A stretch of 56,022 nucleotides of DNA, from contig CAXUIU010000001.1 in assembly GCA_964250955.1 (NCBI GenBank), positions 1 through 56,022 on the forward strand, read 5' to 3'. Positions 26,527-35,950 of the stretch are shown here, in pieces. The notes beneath the pieces are model-generated. The model was not told where the DNA came from and did not search any database. It was given only the letters and a program-made list of their open reading frames with translations. Position 1 is the stretch's first letter; each line of letters opens with the position of its first letter. The stretch is from an uncultured Chthoniobacterales bacterium. GTDB lineage: Bacteria > Verrucomicrobiota > Verrucomicrobiia > Chthoniobacterales > SZAS-18. Made by a program: the position numbers and the translations under genes.

Positions 26527-26961
26527 GGATCGACGGTAAGCCGAGTTCTGTCGGCGCGACCCTTGCGGGCCGCGCCGTGACGATCATTTATCTAGCGGCA
26601 ACCCGGTCGCCCCGGCCACCGCTCCCGGCCGTTTTGACGGGCCGGATGCGACCAAAAACCCGGAGGTTGTTCCCTTGCGGGAACGGGCAGGCGGCCCGCC
26701 TCCTGTTCTGTCTTGCACCACACGGGGTTTTTCGTGCCCCCGGACTCGCGCCCGGGGCGGTGAGCTTTTACCTCGCCTTTTCACCCTTACCCTCGACCGT
26801 TGCCGGCCGGAGGCGGTTTGTTTTCTGTGACACTTTCCGTCGCCGCCGGCTTGGGCCGGGCGGCTCCCGCGTGTTGTACGCGGCGTGTTGCCTTGCGGTG
26901 TTCGGACTTTCCTCTGGCGGGCTGCCGTACGAACCAGCCGCCAGCGATCATCGGTCGATCC
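26527..26961 (-). ncRNA. rnpB: RNase P RNA (bacterial type A-like)
   Basis: Minus strand reads GAUCGACCGAUGAUCGCUG...GAGGAAAGUCCGAACAC...GGAAAGUGUCACAGAAAACAAACCGCC...GUAAGGGUGAAAAGGCGAGGUAAAAGCUCACCG...AAACCCC...GCAAG...UAGAUAAAUGAUCG...ACAGAACUCGGCUUAC-CGUCGAUC. Conserved regions are present and the P1 ends pair. Confidence 0.97.
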
Positions 26962-26978
26962 GGGCCGATCCTAGCCCG

Positions 26979-27476
26979 TCACCAGTGGACGGTCAACGCC
27001 GACAGGAAGAATACGGCGATCATCGTCACGTCGATCAAAGCCTTGCCGATCATGCCCGCGGTCGTGCCCAGGAGTGTGCCCCAGCCCGAACGCAGCGCCG
27101 GCTGCAACGAGCGGCCCGCGAAGATCAGCTCCCCGCAGAGTGCCCCGGCCACCGGGCCAAGAAAAATCCCGAGCGGAAAAAAGAAGATCGCCCCGACGAT
27201 CCCGCCGACCATCCCGCCGAATGCCCCCCAGCGCGTCGCCCCGAACTTCCTTGCCCCCATCGCTCCCGCGGTGAAATCGACGACGTGTCCGAGCACGCAG
27301 AGCACCGCCAGCACCCCGAGCGTCCACCAGCCCACGGAGTGACCGGGCCGCACGGTGAAATGGTGCAGGGTCGCGCCCGCCAGGATGAGCAGGCTGTCGG
27401 GCAGCACGGGGTAGATCGCGCCGAAGAGGCCGACGGCCATCAGCACGACCGAGATCGTCCACCAAGTCGCTTCCAT
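26979..27476 (-). CDS. DUF456/YqgC-like membrane protein
   Basis: GLFGAIYPVLP, GARKFGATRWGAFGGMVGGIVG, GIFLGPVAGALCGEL; Gly-rich TM pattern. Confidence 0.85.
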   Translation of the reverse strand: MEATWWTISVVLMAVGLFGAIYPVLPDSLLILAGATLHHFTVRPGHSVGWWTLGVLAVLCVLGHVVDFTAGAMGARKFGATRWGAFGGMVGGIVGAIFFFPLGIFLGPVAGALCGELIFAGRSLQPALRSGWGTLLGTTAGMIGKALIDVTMIAVFFLSALTVHW

Positions 27477-27526
27477 TGGTGCGGATGGTAGCTCAGATCA
27501 TCACGCGGAGCGAGACGACGCTTCCT

Positions 27527-28561
27527 TCAACGGCCCGGGTGTTTCAAGTACAGAGTGTGTCCGCCGATGTCGACGATGGCACTGTTTCGAGCGAGGATCT
27601 CACAGCCGAGAAAGCCGAGGATCGGCCCCTCGCCGGCACTCCGTTCGTCACGCAACCATTGCGGAAGGGCGTTGACGGCGACGACCGAGGAAGCGATTTG
27701 GAAGTCGCCGATCTTCCAGTTTTCGACCCGCCCGGGGTACATCGTGGAGTCTTGACCGATCATGGACATGGTAGCGGAGTTGCTCCCGAGATGACCGAGC
27801 GACACCGAGTCGTCCTTGCGGTTGTAGAGCATGGTGACCGGAACCACTCCCTTGTCGAAGTCGGTGTAGCTCATGCCAGTGTCCAGCACCAAGCGGGCGG
27901 CTTTGCCACCGACATTGCACTGCACAGTGAAGTGATGGGCGTTGGTTAGTGACATCGGGACCGCCGTCCAGCCGCTGGCCACCAGACCCGGGCCGAGCTT
28001 CATGCGCTTGGAGGGGTCGGTGTTGAAGTAAACGCCGCGCTTACGCCAGTCGATGATGGCGGCATACTGCTGGAGCACGTCCTCGCCCAGCAGGCCACCG
28101 ATGGCGGTTTGTCCGTGCAGGTTGTTGTATCGGCTGAATTGGCCACTGAGATCGAGTACCCCGACAGGGTGCTTACCCAGTTCCGCCGAGCCGGCCTTGA
28201 GGCTATCGATGTAGCCGACCTCCCCCGCGACACTGCCGTTCGCTTTGAATTTCCTGCCCACCTCGGGTGGCAGTTGGCCAGGCGCAACGTCGCCTGAGCG
28301 CACACGCGCGGCGGCGTAAAGGCTGCGATCCAGGGCGGTGCCCGAAGCTCCGGTGTCCAAGACGAGCATGGTGCTCTGGTCGTTGACCTTCATGCGCAGC
28401 GTCGCCTGATTAGACCGTCCCACTGGCACCAGGGGCAGCACGACGTAGCCCGGGATGCCCTCGGCTTGCAGGGAGACCGCGCCCGCGCCGAGCGCAAAAG
28501 CGGTAAGCCACGAGGCACAAACGAAGCGGCGGCAGGGACCGGGAAGAAACGGTAATTTCAT
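27527..28561 (-). CDS. Exported aspartic protease with tandem retropepsin-like domains
   Basis: Two catalytic motifs (LVLDTGA, LVLDTGM), each with a downstream G.LG motif (GLLGEDVL, GFLGCEIL); signal peptide. Confidence 0.8.
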   Translation of the reverse strand: MKLPFLPGPCRRFVCASWLTAFALGAGAVSLQAEGIPGYVVLPLVPVGRSNQATLRMKVNDQSTMLVLDTGASGTALDRSLYAAARVRSGDVAPGQLPPEVGRKFKANGSVAGEVGYIDSLKAGSAELGKHPVGVLDLSGQFSRYNNLHGQTAIGGLLGEDVLQQYAAIIDWRKRGVYFNTDPSKRMKLGPGLVASGWTAVPMSLTNAHHFTVQCNVGGKAARLVLDTGMSYTDFDKGVVPVTMLYNRKDDSVSLGHLGSNSATMSMIGQDSTMYPGRVENWKIGDFQIASSVVAVNALPQWLRDERSAGEGPILGFLGCEILARNSAIVDIGGHTLYLKHPGR

Positions 28562-28707
28562 GCGAATGTTTGGGTTAAAAGCGGTGAACTTACCCAAAAT
28601 CTGTTTCGCTTGTCTACTCCGATGCGCGTCGGCGGTGCCGCCATTGCCAAGAGGGGATCGTTGGTTGCATGCGCTGGGGCTTTTCGGTAGGTTGATACCC
28701 CTCCTTT

Positions 28708-31611
28708 ATGCAGAACACCTTCCAGACCCTCCAGACGTTCACGCCCTCGGCTGGCCGCACCGGCTCTTTCCACAGTCTGCCGGTGTTGGAAGCGACGGGC
28801 GTCGGGCCGGTGTCGCGGCTGCCGCACAGCATCCGCATCGTGCTGGAGAGCGTCCTGCGCAACTGCGACGGCAAGAAGGTCGCCGAACAGGACGTGCGCA
28901 ACCTCGCCAACTGGAACGCGAAGAAGCCGATCAGCGAGGAGATCCCTTTCGTCGTCGCGCGCATCGTCCTCCAGGACTTCACCGGGGTGCCGCTGCTCGT
29001 GGACCTCGCCGCGATGCGCGCCGCCGTGTCGCGCCAGGGGGGCGACCCGCAGATCATCGAGCCGCTCGTGCCCGTGGACCTCGTGGTGGATCACTCCGTG
29101 CAGGTAGACTTCGCCGGCAGCGCGCTCGCGCTCAAGCTGAACATGGACATGGAGTTCACGCGCAACCGTGAGCGTTATCAGTTCCTCAAATGGGGCCAGC
29201 AGGCGTTCAAGACCTTCGGCGTCGTGCCGCCGGGCATCGGCATCATCCATCAGGTCAATTTGGAGTACCTTGCCAAAGGGGTGCTCTCGCAGAAGCGCGA
29301 GGACGGCACGTTGTACTATCCCGACTCGCTCGTCGGAACAGACTCGCACACGACGATGATCAACGGCCTCGGCATCGTGGGCTGGGGCGTCGGCGGCATT
29401 GAGGCGGAGGCGGGGATGCTCGGGCAACCGGTGTACTTCCTGACGCCCGAGGTCGTGGGCGTGCATCTGAGCGGGGCGTTGCGCGAAGGCGTCACGGCCA
29501 CCGACCTCGCGCTGCACATCACGCAGATGCTGCGCAAAGCGAAAGTCGTCGGCAAGTTCGTCGAGTTCTACGGCCCCGGCGCGGCAAGCCTGCCGCTGAC
29601 CGACCGCGCCACCGTTGCCAACATGGCCCCAGAATACGGTGCGACGATGGGCTTCTTCCCCGTGGACGCAGAGAGCGTCAACTACCTGCGCTTCACCGGC
29701 CGCACGGAGGAACAGTGCGCGGCGTTCGAGGCGTACTTCCGCGCGCAGGAGATGTTCGGGATGCCCGACAAGGGGCAGATCGACTACAGCGTCGACCTGG
29801 AGCTAAACCTGGAGGACGTGCAGCCCAGCGTCGCCGGGCCGAAACGCCCGCAGGACCGGCTCAACCTGCCCGAACTCGGCGACGCCTTCCGGCAGTTGAT
29901 GAACCGTGCTCCCGGTGACGGCGGCTACGGCAAGGACGCGGGCGGATTGAAGGACCGCTTCGCCGTCCACCTCGAAGCCGACGCCAAGCCGACGCCGCCC
30001 GCGGTGGTCTCCGCGAGCAGCGCGGCGGCGACCGACACGGGCGCGGGGATGGTCGTGGACGGCGGCAAACAGCTCGGCGAGACCGTCGGCCACGCGGAGA
30101 TGATCACCAACCGGCCGACCGCCACGCCGGTCACGCTGCTGGAAAAAGTCGACGAACCCGAGTTCAACAGCGGCGACACGCGCATCGGCCACGGCAGCGT
30201 GTTGATCGCGTCGATCACGAGTTGCACGAACACGTCGAATCCGAGCGTGATGCTCGGCGCGGGCCTCCTGGCGAAGAAGGCGGTCGAGCGCGGTCTGAAG
30301 GTCGATCCCGCGGTGAAGACCTCCCTTGCCCCCGGTTCGCGCGTCGTCACCGACTACCTCGACAAGAGCGGCTTGCAGCCTTACCTCGACCAACTCGGCT
30401 TCCAGATCGTCGGCTACGGCTGCGCGACGTGCATCGGCAACTCCGGCCCGCTCCATCCCAAGATCGAGGAAGCCATCACCGAGCACGACCTCGTGGCAGC
30501 TTCGGTGTTGAGCGGCAACCGCAACTTCGAGGCGCGCGTCCACCAGAACATCAAGGCCAACTTCCTCATGTCCCCGCCGCTCGTGGTGGCCTTCGCGCTG
30601 GCTGGCCGCGTGGACTTGGACCTTTCCAAGGACCCTATCGGCAAGGACAAGGAGAACGCTGACGTGTACCTGCGCGATATCTGGCCGACGCTCCACGAGG
30701 TCCGGCAGGCGATGTCCACCGCACTCAAGCCGGAGGTGTTCCGCCAGCTTTACAGCGACTTCGCCGAGCAGAACCCGAAGTGGAACGAGATTCCTTCCAC
30801 GGTCGGCGGCGTGTACGCGTGGGACGAAAAGAGTGACTACATCCAGGAGCCACCGTTCTTCCTGGATTTCTCGATGGGCACGACCGACATCGGCGAAATC
30901 CGCGGCGCGCGGGCGCTGGGCATCTTCGGCGATTCCGTGACGACTGACCACATCTCGCCCGCGGGTGCAATCAAGGCGAGTTCGCCCGCCGGCCAGTACC
31001 TCATTGCGCGCGGCGTGGAGCCGAAAGATTTCAATTCCTACGGCAGCCGCCGCGGCAACGATAAGGTGATGACGCGCGGCACCTTCGCCAACGTGCGCAT
31101 CAAAAACCTCATGGTGCCCGGCGTCGAGGGTGGCGTGACCAAGCACTATCCCGACGGCACGACGATGCCGATTTACAATGCGAGCGTCACCTACCAGCAC
31201 GACGGCGTGCCGTTGATGATCTTCGCCGGTCAGGAGTACGGCACCGGTTCCAGCCGCGACTGGGCGGCCAAGGGTACGCGCCTGCTCGGGGTGAAGGCGG
31301 TGGTGGCGGCGAGCTTCGAGCGCATCCACCGTTCCAACCTTGTAGGCATGGGCGTGCTGCCACTCCAGTTCCTCGAAGGCACGACGGCGCAGACGCTCGG
31401 ACTGGACGGCTCGGAGACGTTCGACCTGCTTGGATTGAACAACGACACCTATCCTGGCCAGATGCTCACTCTGGTGATCCACCGCGCAAACGGCACCACC
31501 GAGGAAGTGACGCTGCGCTCGCGCATCGACACGGCCATCGAGGTCGATTACTACCGGCACGGCGGCATCCTGCCATACGTGCTGCGCGAGTTGATGGAAC
31601 AGAGTGCGTAG
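28708..31611 (+). CDS. acnA: Aconitate hydratase A
   Basis: [73 protein letters not shown]. Confidence 0.98.
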   Translation: MQNTFQTLQTFTPSAGRTGSFHSLPVLEATGVGPVSRLPHSIRIVLESVLRNCDGKKVAEQDVRNLANWNAKKPISEEIPFVVARIVLQDFTGVPLLVDLAAMRAAVSRQGGDPQIIEPLVPVDLVVDHSVQVDFAGSALALKLNMDMEFTRNRERYQFLKWGQQAFKTFGVVPPGIGIIHQVNLEYLAKGVLSQKREDGTLYYPDSLVGTDSHTTMINGLGIVGWGVGGIEAEAGMLGQPVYFLTPEVVGVHLSGALREGVTATDLALHITQMLRKAKVVGKFVEFYGPGAASLPLTDRATVANMAPEYGATMGFFPVDAESVNYLRFTGRTEEQCAAFEAYFRAQEMFGMPDKGQIDYSVDLELNLEDVQPSVAGPKRPQDRLNLPELGDAFRQLMNRAPGDGGYGKDAGGLKDRFAVHLEADAKPTPPAVVSASSAAATDTGAGMVVDGGKQLGETVGHAEMITNRPTATPVTLLEKVDEPEFNSGDTRIGHGSVLIASITSCTNTSNPSVMLGAGLLAKKAVERGLKVDPAVKTSLAPGSRVVTDYLDKSGLQPYLDQLGFQIVGYGCATCIGNSGPLHPKIEEAITEHDLVAASVLSGNRNFEARVHQNIKANFLMSPPLVVAFALAGRVDLDLSKDPIGKDKENADVYLRDIWPTLHEVRQAMSTALKPEVFRQLYSDFAEQNPKWNEIPSTVGGVYAWDEKSDYIQEPPFFLDFSMGTTDIGEIRGARALGIFGDSVTTDHISPAGAIKASSPAGQYLIARGVEPKDFNSYGSRRGNDKVMTRGTFANVRIKNLMVPGVEGGVTKHYPDGTTMPIYNASVTYQHDGVPLMIFAGQEYGTGSSRDWAAKGTRLLGVKAVVAASFERIHRSNLVGMGVLPLQFLEGTTAQTLGLDGSETFDLLGLNNDTYPGQMLTLVIHRANGTTEEVTLRSRIDTAIEVDYYRHGGILPYVLRELMEQSA

Positions 31612-31627
31612 CCGCTACGTGGCCCGT

Positions 31628-32722
31628 TCAAGCCGGCAACTCGTCGATAGACTTGGGTTCGATGCGCTCGCGTCCCTCGCGCGCCTGCCGGAACTTGGTG
31701 GACATCATGTACGCCTGGAAGCGCGCCCGGTTGATGTTGCCTAGCGGTCGGTGCGCAGCCAGCGCGTTCCAAGGATTAAAGGACAGCTTTTCATCCACGA
31801 ACACCCGGCGCTCATCGGAATAGATTTCTTGCGAGGTAGCAGTCAACGTCGCCACGGCAAGGTAGGGACTTTCGGTCTCGCTCCACTCGGTGTGCGCGTC
31901 TTCCACCGGCATCTTCTCGAGATCGGTGCAAAGCTGCACCCGTAGTTCCCACACGGCCTCGGCCTCCTCCTTGAAGAAGCGGCTGAACTCGTCGCGCAGC
32001 GCGTTCCACTCGCTGGCGTGCGGCAGGCCCTTCTTGTAGAGCGCCTTCAGGTTCTCCGACACCGGGAAGAGCCCGACCTTGCCGAAGTAAGCGCCCCAAC
32101 GCAGCGCCGCCTGCGTGTAGTAGGTCTCGCCCAAAGGGTTGTTGGCCGGCTCGCCGAAGCCCTTCAAAAAGGCGCTCTTCAAGCCCACCGTCTCCAGCAC
32201 GTTTTCGCCGATGCGCGCCGTCGTAGACACCACCTGCTTGAGCGCCTCCGGGTCGTTCGCGTGCTTGTCCAGCATCTGCATGTTTTTGAGGAAGCCCGCG
32301 GCATCCTTGGTGTCGAACACCGATCCATTGACCATGGGGAAATCCTGCGTCACCTCACCTTGGTGGTTGGGCACCTTTTCGCCCTCCAGGCCGATGATCT
32401 TGATGGCCAACCCGCGCGGCGAGGAGATGTGGTCGCTCAGGATGTCACCCGGGTTGGTGGAAAAGCGCATGATTACCCCGTAGGTGCCCGGCTGCGCCGC
32501 CAATCCCTGGCGCAACGGCTCGGGCAGGCCGTCCTTCACCGTCAATGCCGCTTTGACCAACGCGTGGCTTTTGGAGTGGACAGCTCGGGTGGTGCGACGC
32601 TGCCGGTCGCCGATCTTGTGCATGATGTCATGCATCGTCGCCGCGATGTCGTCGAAGGTCTTTTGCTCGTCGGGCTGAACGGTTTCCACCGAGTCGCTGT
32701 AGGGTACGAAGGACGTGCTCAT
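31628..32722 (-). CDS. Small heme catalase-related protein
   Basis: RAVHSKSH (distal His), MRFS, GLAIK, DFPMVN, FNPW...HRPLGNINRAR..AY (proximal Tyr). Confidence 0.88.
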   Translation of the reverse strand: MSTSFVPYSDSVETVQPDEQKTFDDIAATMHDIMHKIGDRQRRTTRAVHSKSHALVKAALTVKDGLPEPLRQGLAAQPGTYGVIMRFSTNPGDILSDHISSPRGLAIKIIGLEGEKVPNHQGEVTQDFPMVNGSVFDTKDAAGFLKNMQMLDKHANDPEALKQVVSTTARIGENVLETVGLKSAFLKGFGEPANNPLGETYYTQAALRWGAYFGKVGLFPVSENLKALYKKGLPHASEWNALRDEFSRFFKEEAEAVWELRVQLCTDLEKMPVEDAHTEWSETESPYLAVATLTATSQEIYSDERRVFVDEKLSFNPWNALAAHRPLGNINRARFQAYMMSTKFRQAREGRERIEPKSIDELPA

Positions 32723-32764
32723 GCCTCGTGATTCGCTGGCCGCAGCGGGGTCGGTCGGAGTGTT

Positions 32765-34009
32765 TCACCACAGCCGCCGACCGGAGAAGATCAGGAAACC
32801 AAAACATACTGCCTGAAAGGTGCAGGCCGCCCCGGCGAGTTGCCAGGGGAGCGAGTCGCCCCACAGCCGCGGCGGCGCTTCAGGCCGGGGACGGTTCCAG
32901 CGTGAGAACAAGTCGTGCGCCGTGATCAGACATGCATGGTAAATCCCGTAAATGAGGTAATGCGCCGCCGTGCCGTGCCAGAATCCCATCACGCCGAAGG
33001 TCAGGAAGTTGGCCACGTACGCCGGCGTGTACTTGCTGCGAAACCACTTCCGTTTCACCGCCAGCAGCACGAAGCGCATGTAGATAAAATCCCGGAACCA
33101 GAACGACAGCGAGATGTGCCAGCGCGTCCAAAACTCCTTGATGTTGCGCGAGACGAACGGGAGGTTGAAGTTCTCCGGCACGCGAAATCCAAGCAGGTAT
33201 GCGAACCCCACGGCGAACGCGCTGTACCCGGCAAAATCAAAGAACAGGTAGAAGCTGTAAGCGTACATGTACGACACCGTGTTGCCCAGCGTCGGGGTAG
33301 GTGGAACAGCGTTCATCCAGTGGAAGCTGATCCAGTACGCCAACACAAACTTGTACAGAAACCCGGTGAAAATTCGGTGCATCCCTGCATCGAGGTCATG
33401 CCAGAACGTCGCGCGGTCGTCCGGCTTGGCCCATTCGGCAGAGAAGCGCCGGTAGCGGTCAATGGGGCCCGACGACACGGTCGGGAAGAAAAAAAGGAAC
33501 GTCAGGAAACGCCCCGGCGTCAGCGCGGTGATGAGCCCGTCGTGAATGCCGAAGAGCACGTCCACCGCGCGCAGGGTGGCGTACGACAGCCCGAGGAACT
33601 CGACCAGTCCCGCCGCGCCGACCGCGCCGGCCGGTTGCGCGGCGGTCGCGGCATCCGGGGCGTTGACGGGCAGGAGCTTCGCCGCGAGCAGCGGCAGGAG
33701 GGCGACGAACACCGCCAGCCACCCGGGCCAACGCGCCTTCGTGCGTCGTCGCACACCGAGCAGCGCCGCGGCCAGGACATACTGCGCCGCACCGAACCCA
33801 ACCAGCGCCCAGATCGGTCGCAAAGCCGGTGCGGACGCCTCGAACCCACCCGCGTATTGCACCGCCAGCATCCCCGCCGTGGCGACGAGCGCCCATGTTT
33901 GCTTCAACCACGCGGGCACCCGTGGCAGCAGCCCGCGCACGAGTACTACCGGCAAGAGGACGTAGATACCCGCCAGCCCGAAGTACAAGAAGCTGGCGTA
34001 CGGCGTCAC
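32765..34009 (-). CDS. dltB: D-alanyl transfer MBOAT protein DltB
   Basis: FLGLSYATLR, FFPTVSSGPIDRYRRF, GFLYKF, YAYSFYLFFDFAGYS, ENFNLPF, FWTRWHISLSFWFRDFIYMRF, MGFWHG..YLIYGIYHA, FGFLIFSG. GTG start overlaps the dltA stop. Confidence 0.92.
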   Translation of the reverse strand: MTPYASFLYFGLAGIYVLLPVVLVRGLLPRVPAWLKQTWALVATAGMLAVQYAGGFEASAPALRPIWALVGFGAAQYVLAAALLGVRRRTKARWPGWLAVFVALLPLLAAKLLPVNAPDAATAAQPAGAVGAAGLVEFLGLSYATLRAVDVLFGIHDGLITALTPGRFLTFLFFFPTVSSGPIDRYRRFSAEWAKPDDRATFWHDLDAGMHRIFTGFLYKFVLAYWISFHWMNAVPPTPTLGNTVSYMYAYSFYLFFDFAGYSAFAVGFAYLLGFRVPENFNLPFVSRNIKEFWTRWHISLSFWFRDFIYMRFVLLAVKRKWFRSKYTPAYVANFLTFGVMGFWHGTAAHYLIYGIYHACLITAHDLFSRWNRPRPEAPPRLWGDSLPWQLAGAACTFQAVCFGFLIFSGRRLW

Positions 34010-35523
34010 GGGAGAGACTTCCCGCCGTTGGCTGCCATTTCGACGAGCCGGCGACGGTCCGCCTTGCCGTTGGCCGTGAGCGGCAGGGCGGAGCGCAGGT
34101 AAATTTTGCGCGGCAGCATGTAGGTGGGCAAACGCTCGGCGAGCGCGGCGCGGTAGTGATCGGTCGCGGCGGTGACTTCCGCCGGTGCGTCGGGGCAGGG
34201 GCCGTCCGGCACCACGAACGCCACGAGGAACTGCATCGCGCCGCCCTTGTTCACGAGCACCACGGCGCATTCGTGCACATCGGGCAACGCGCGGAAATTT
34301 TCCTCGATGTCGGCGAGTTCAATCCGGTAGCCATGGAACTTCACCTGGCTGTCCTGCCGACCGTCGAAATACAGCAGGCCATCCACGTGCGTGCCGCAGT
34401 CGCCCGTTTGGTAAGCGCGTTGGCCGCCGTGCGTAAAGAACGCTTTCTCGGTCAGGTCCGGCCGGCCGAGGTAGCCGGGACTCACGTTGGGACCGGCGAT
34501 GATGATTTCCCCACGTTCGCCGTCCGGCGGGCGGGTGCCATCATCGTGTTGCAGGAAGACCTCCGTGCCGGGCATGGCGCGGCCGATGGGCAGCGCGCCG
34601 CCCTTGGCGACGATCTCGCGCGTGATCTTGATCGAGGTGGTGGCGACGGTCGCCTCGGTCGGGCCGTACGTGTTCCACACTTCTGCCAGGGGGAAGCGGT
34701 CCAAGAGCCGCCCAGCGGTTTCGGTGAGAAGCGTCTCGCCGCAAAAAAGGAAGTGCCGCATGGCCGGCAGACGCGTGCCGTCGAAGGTGCGCTCCGCCAG
34801 GCAGAGGTGCGCGAACGATGGTGTCGAAACCCACACGCTCGGGTTGGCCGCAGACAGCGTGCGGAACAGCCCGACGAAGTCCGCGATCTCATGCCGCGTG
34901 AGGCTGTACAGTGTGCCACCGGTCGTCAGGCTCAGGTACAGGTCCATTACGGACAGGTCGAAGGAGAACGGTGCCTGGTTTAGGAACGTCTCCCCACCTT
35001 CGACGAACGCGTGCTCGCCGAGGGTCCAGTCCAGGAACGCATCCAGGCAGCGCACGGTGATGACCACGCCCTTCGGCTCGCCCGTGCTGCCGGAAGTGAA
35101 GATCGTGTACACCCGGGTGTCCGGCTGCAAAGAGTTGAACTCCGCGTCAGCCGGCGGTAGCCCGGCGATGATTTCCGGCGTCAGGACGAGCGTGGCGCCC
35201 GCGATGCGTTGGACCTCGTGGAGCCGGTGCGATGGCAGGCTGTCGTCCACAGGGATGTACGGGTGGCCGCTGCCGAGGACCCCAAGGAAGCCGGCGAGCA
35301 TCTCGGGTTCCTTGTGGCCGAGCACGACGACTGGCGAAGCGTCGGCAGGAAGTTTTCCGCAGACGTGCGCCGCCACCGCACGGGCGCGGGCGAGGAGTTC
35401 GCGGTACGTCAACCGCAAGGTCGGCGTGCGCCCGGCCGAGGCGGTCTGGTGGGCCACCCGGTCGGGGAACCGCTCTTCCCAGCGTGCGAGCCGTTCAAAG
35501 AGTTGAGAGAACACGGAACCCAT
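34006..35523 (-). CDS. dltA: D-alanine--D-alanyl carrier protein ligase DltA
   Basis: IFTSGSTGEPKGV, FLNQAPFSFDLSVMDLY, WVSTPSF, FLFCGE (DltA-type Cys), NTYGPTEAT, YQTGD, GYRIEL, NGKADR. Confidence 0.93.
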   Translation of the reverse strand: MGSVFSQLFERLARWEERFPDRVAHQTASAGRTPTLRLTYRELLARARAVAAHVCGKLPADASPVVVLGHKEPEMLAGFLGVLGSGHPYIPVDDSLPSHRLHEVQRIAGATLVLTPEIIAGLPPADAEFNSLQPDTRVYTIFTSGSTGEPKGVVITVRCLDAFLDWTLGEHAFVEGGETFLNQAPFSFDLSVMDLYLSLTTGGTLYSLTRHEIADFVGLFRTLSAANPSVWVSTPSFAHLCLAERTFDGTRLPAMRHFLFCGETLLTETAGRLLDRFPLAEVWNTYGPTEATVATTSIKITREIVAKGGALPIGRAMPGTEVFLQHDDGTRPPDGERGEIIIAGPNVSPGYLGRPDLTEKAFFTHGGQRAYQTGDCGTHVDGLLYFDGRQDSQVKFHGYRIELADIEENFRALPDVHECAVVLVNKGGAMQFLVAFVVPDGPCPDAPAEVTAATDHYRAALAERLPTYMLPRKIYLRSALPLTANGKADRRRLVEMAANGGKSLP

Positions 35524-35526
35524 CCG

Positions 35527-35697
35527 TCAAAAGCCCTGGTACACGAACGGCGCGGTCACGAAGTCACCGCGACCATACAACCACAACAATGCTACGATAA
35601 TCGCCAAATAGTAGAGGAAGCACACGACGGCACGAACCCGCGGACCACCCGGCAGCCGCAGGAACGATTCCAACGAACGAACCGCCGGTTGGCTCAT
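35527..35697 (-). CDS. dltX: DltX-like acyl-shuttle microprotein (56 aa, not in the ORF track)
   Basis: Manual translation: MSQPAVRSLESFLRLPGGPRVRAVVCFLYYLAIIVALLWLYGRGDFVTAPFVYQGF*. One TM ending LWLYG and a C-terminal FVYQGF hexapeptide. ATG overlaps the dltC stop; stop lies 3 nt before dltA. Confidence 0.88.
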   Translation of the reverse strand: MSQPAVRSLESFLRLPGGPRVRAVVCFLYYLAIIVALLWLYGRGDFVTAPFVYQGF

Positions 35698-35942
35698 GCG
35701 TGGGTGCTACGCCGCTCGATGTCGGCGACGATCTTCGCCGGGGTGGCCCAATCCTCGCGCTCGAACTCGGCCGGCGAAATGTCGAGGCCAAACTCCTCCG
35801 AGAGCCGAGCGATGAGCGTGACGATCCCGAGTGAATCGAGCATCCCGGAGTCGAAGAGCGGCAGGTCGGGTTCCGTGCGGACGCGGTCGCTCTCGGTGAC
35901 TTCGGCGAGGATGTCGATGGTTTTGTCCGCCGTGGCATTCAT
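35694..35942 (-). CDS. dltC: D-alanyl carrier protein DltC
   Basis: LFDSGMLDSLG phosphopantetheine Ser motif and ISPAEFEREDWATPAKI; 82 aa. Confidence 0.93.
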   Translation of the reverse strand: MNATADKTIDILAEVTESDRVRTEPDLPLFDSGMLDSLGIVTLIARLSEEFGLDISPAEFEREDWATPAKIVADIERRSTHA

Positions 35943-35950
35943 GGGAAAAT

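Noticed and set aside
26577-27491. 304-aa plus-strand ORF
   Set aside because: It is the antisense of the RNase P RNA gene and the DUF456 gene.
34006-35942. Adenylation domain plus carrier protein as an NRPS cluster
   Set aside because: No condensation or thioesterase domains are present. The motifs and the MBOAT/DltX neighbours identify it as Dlt.
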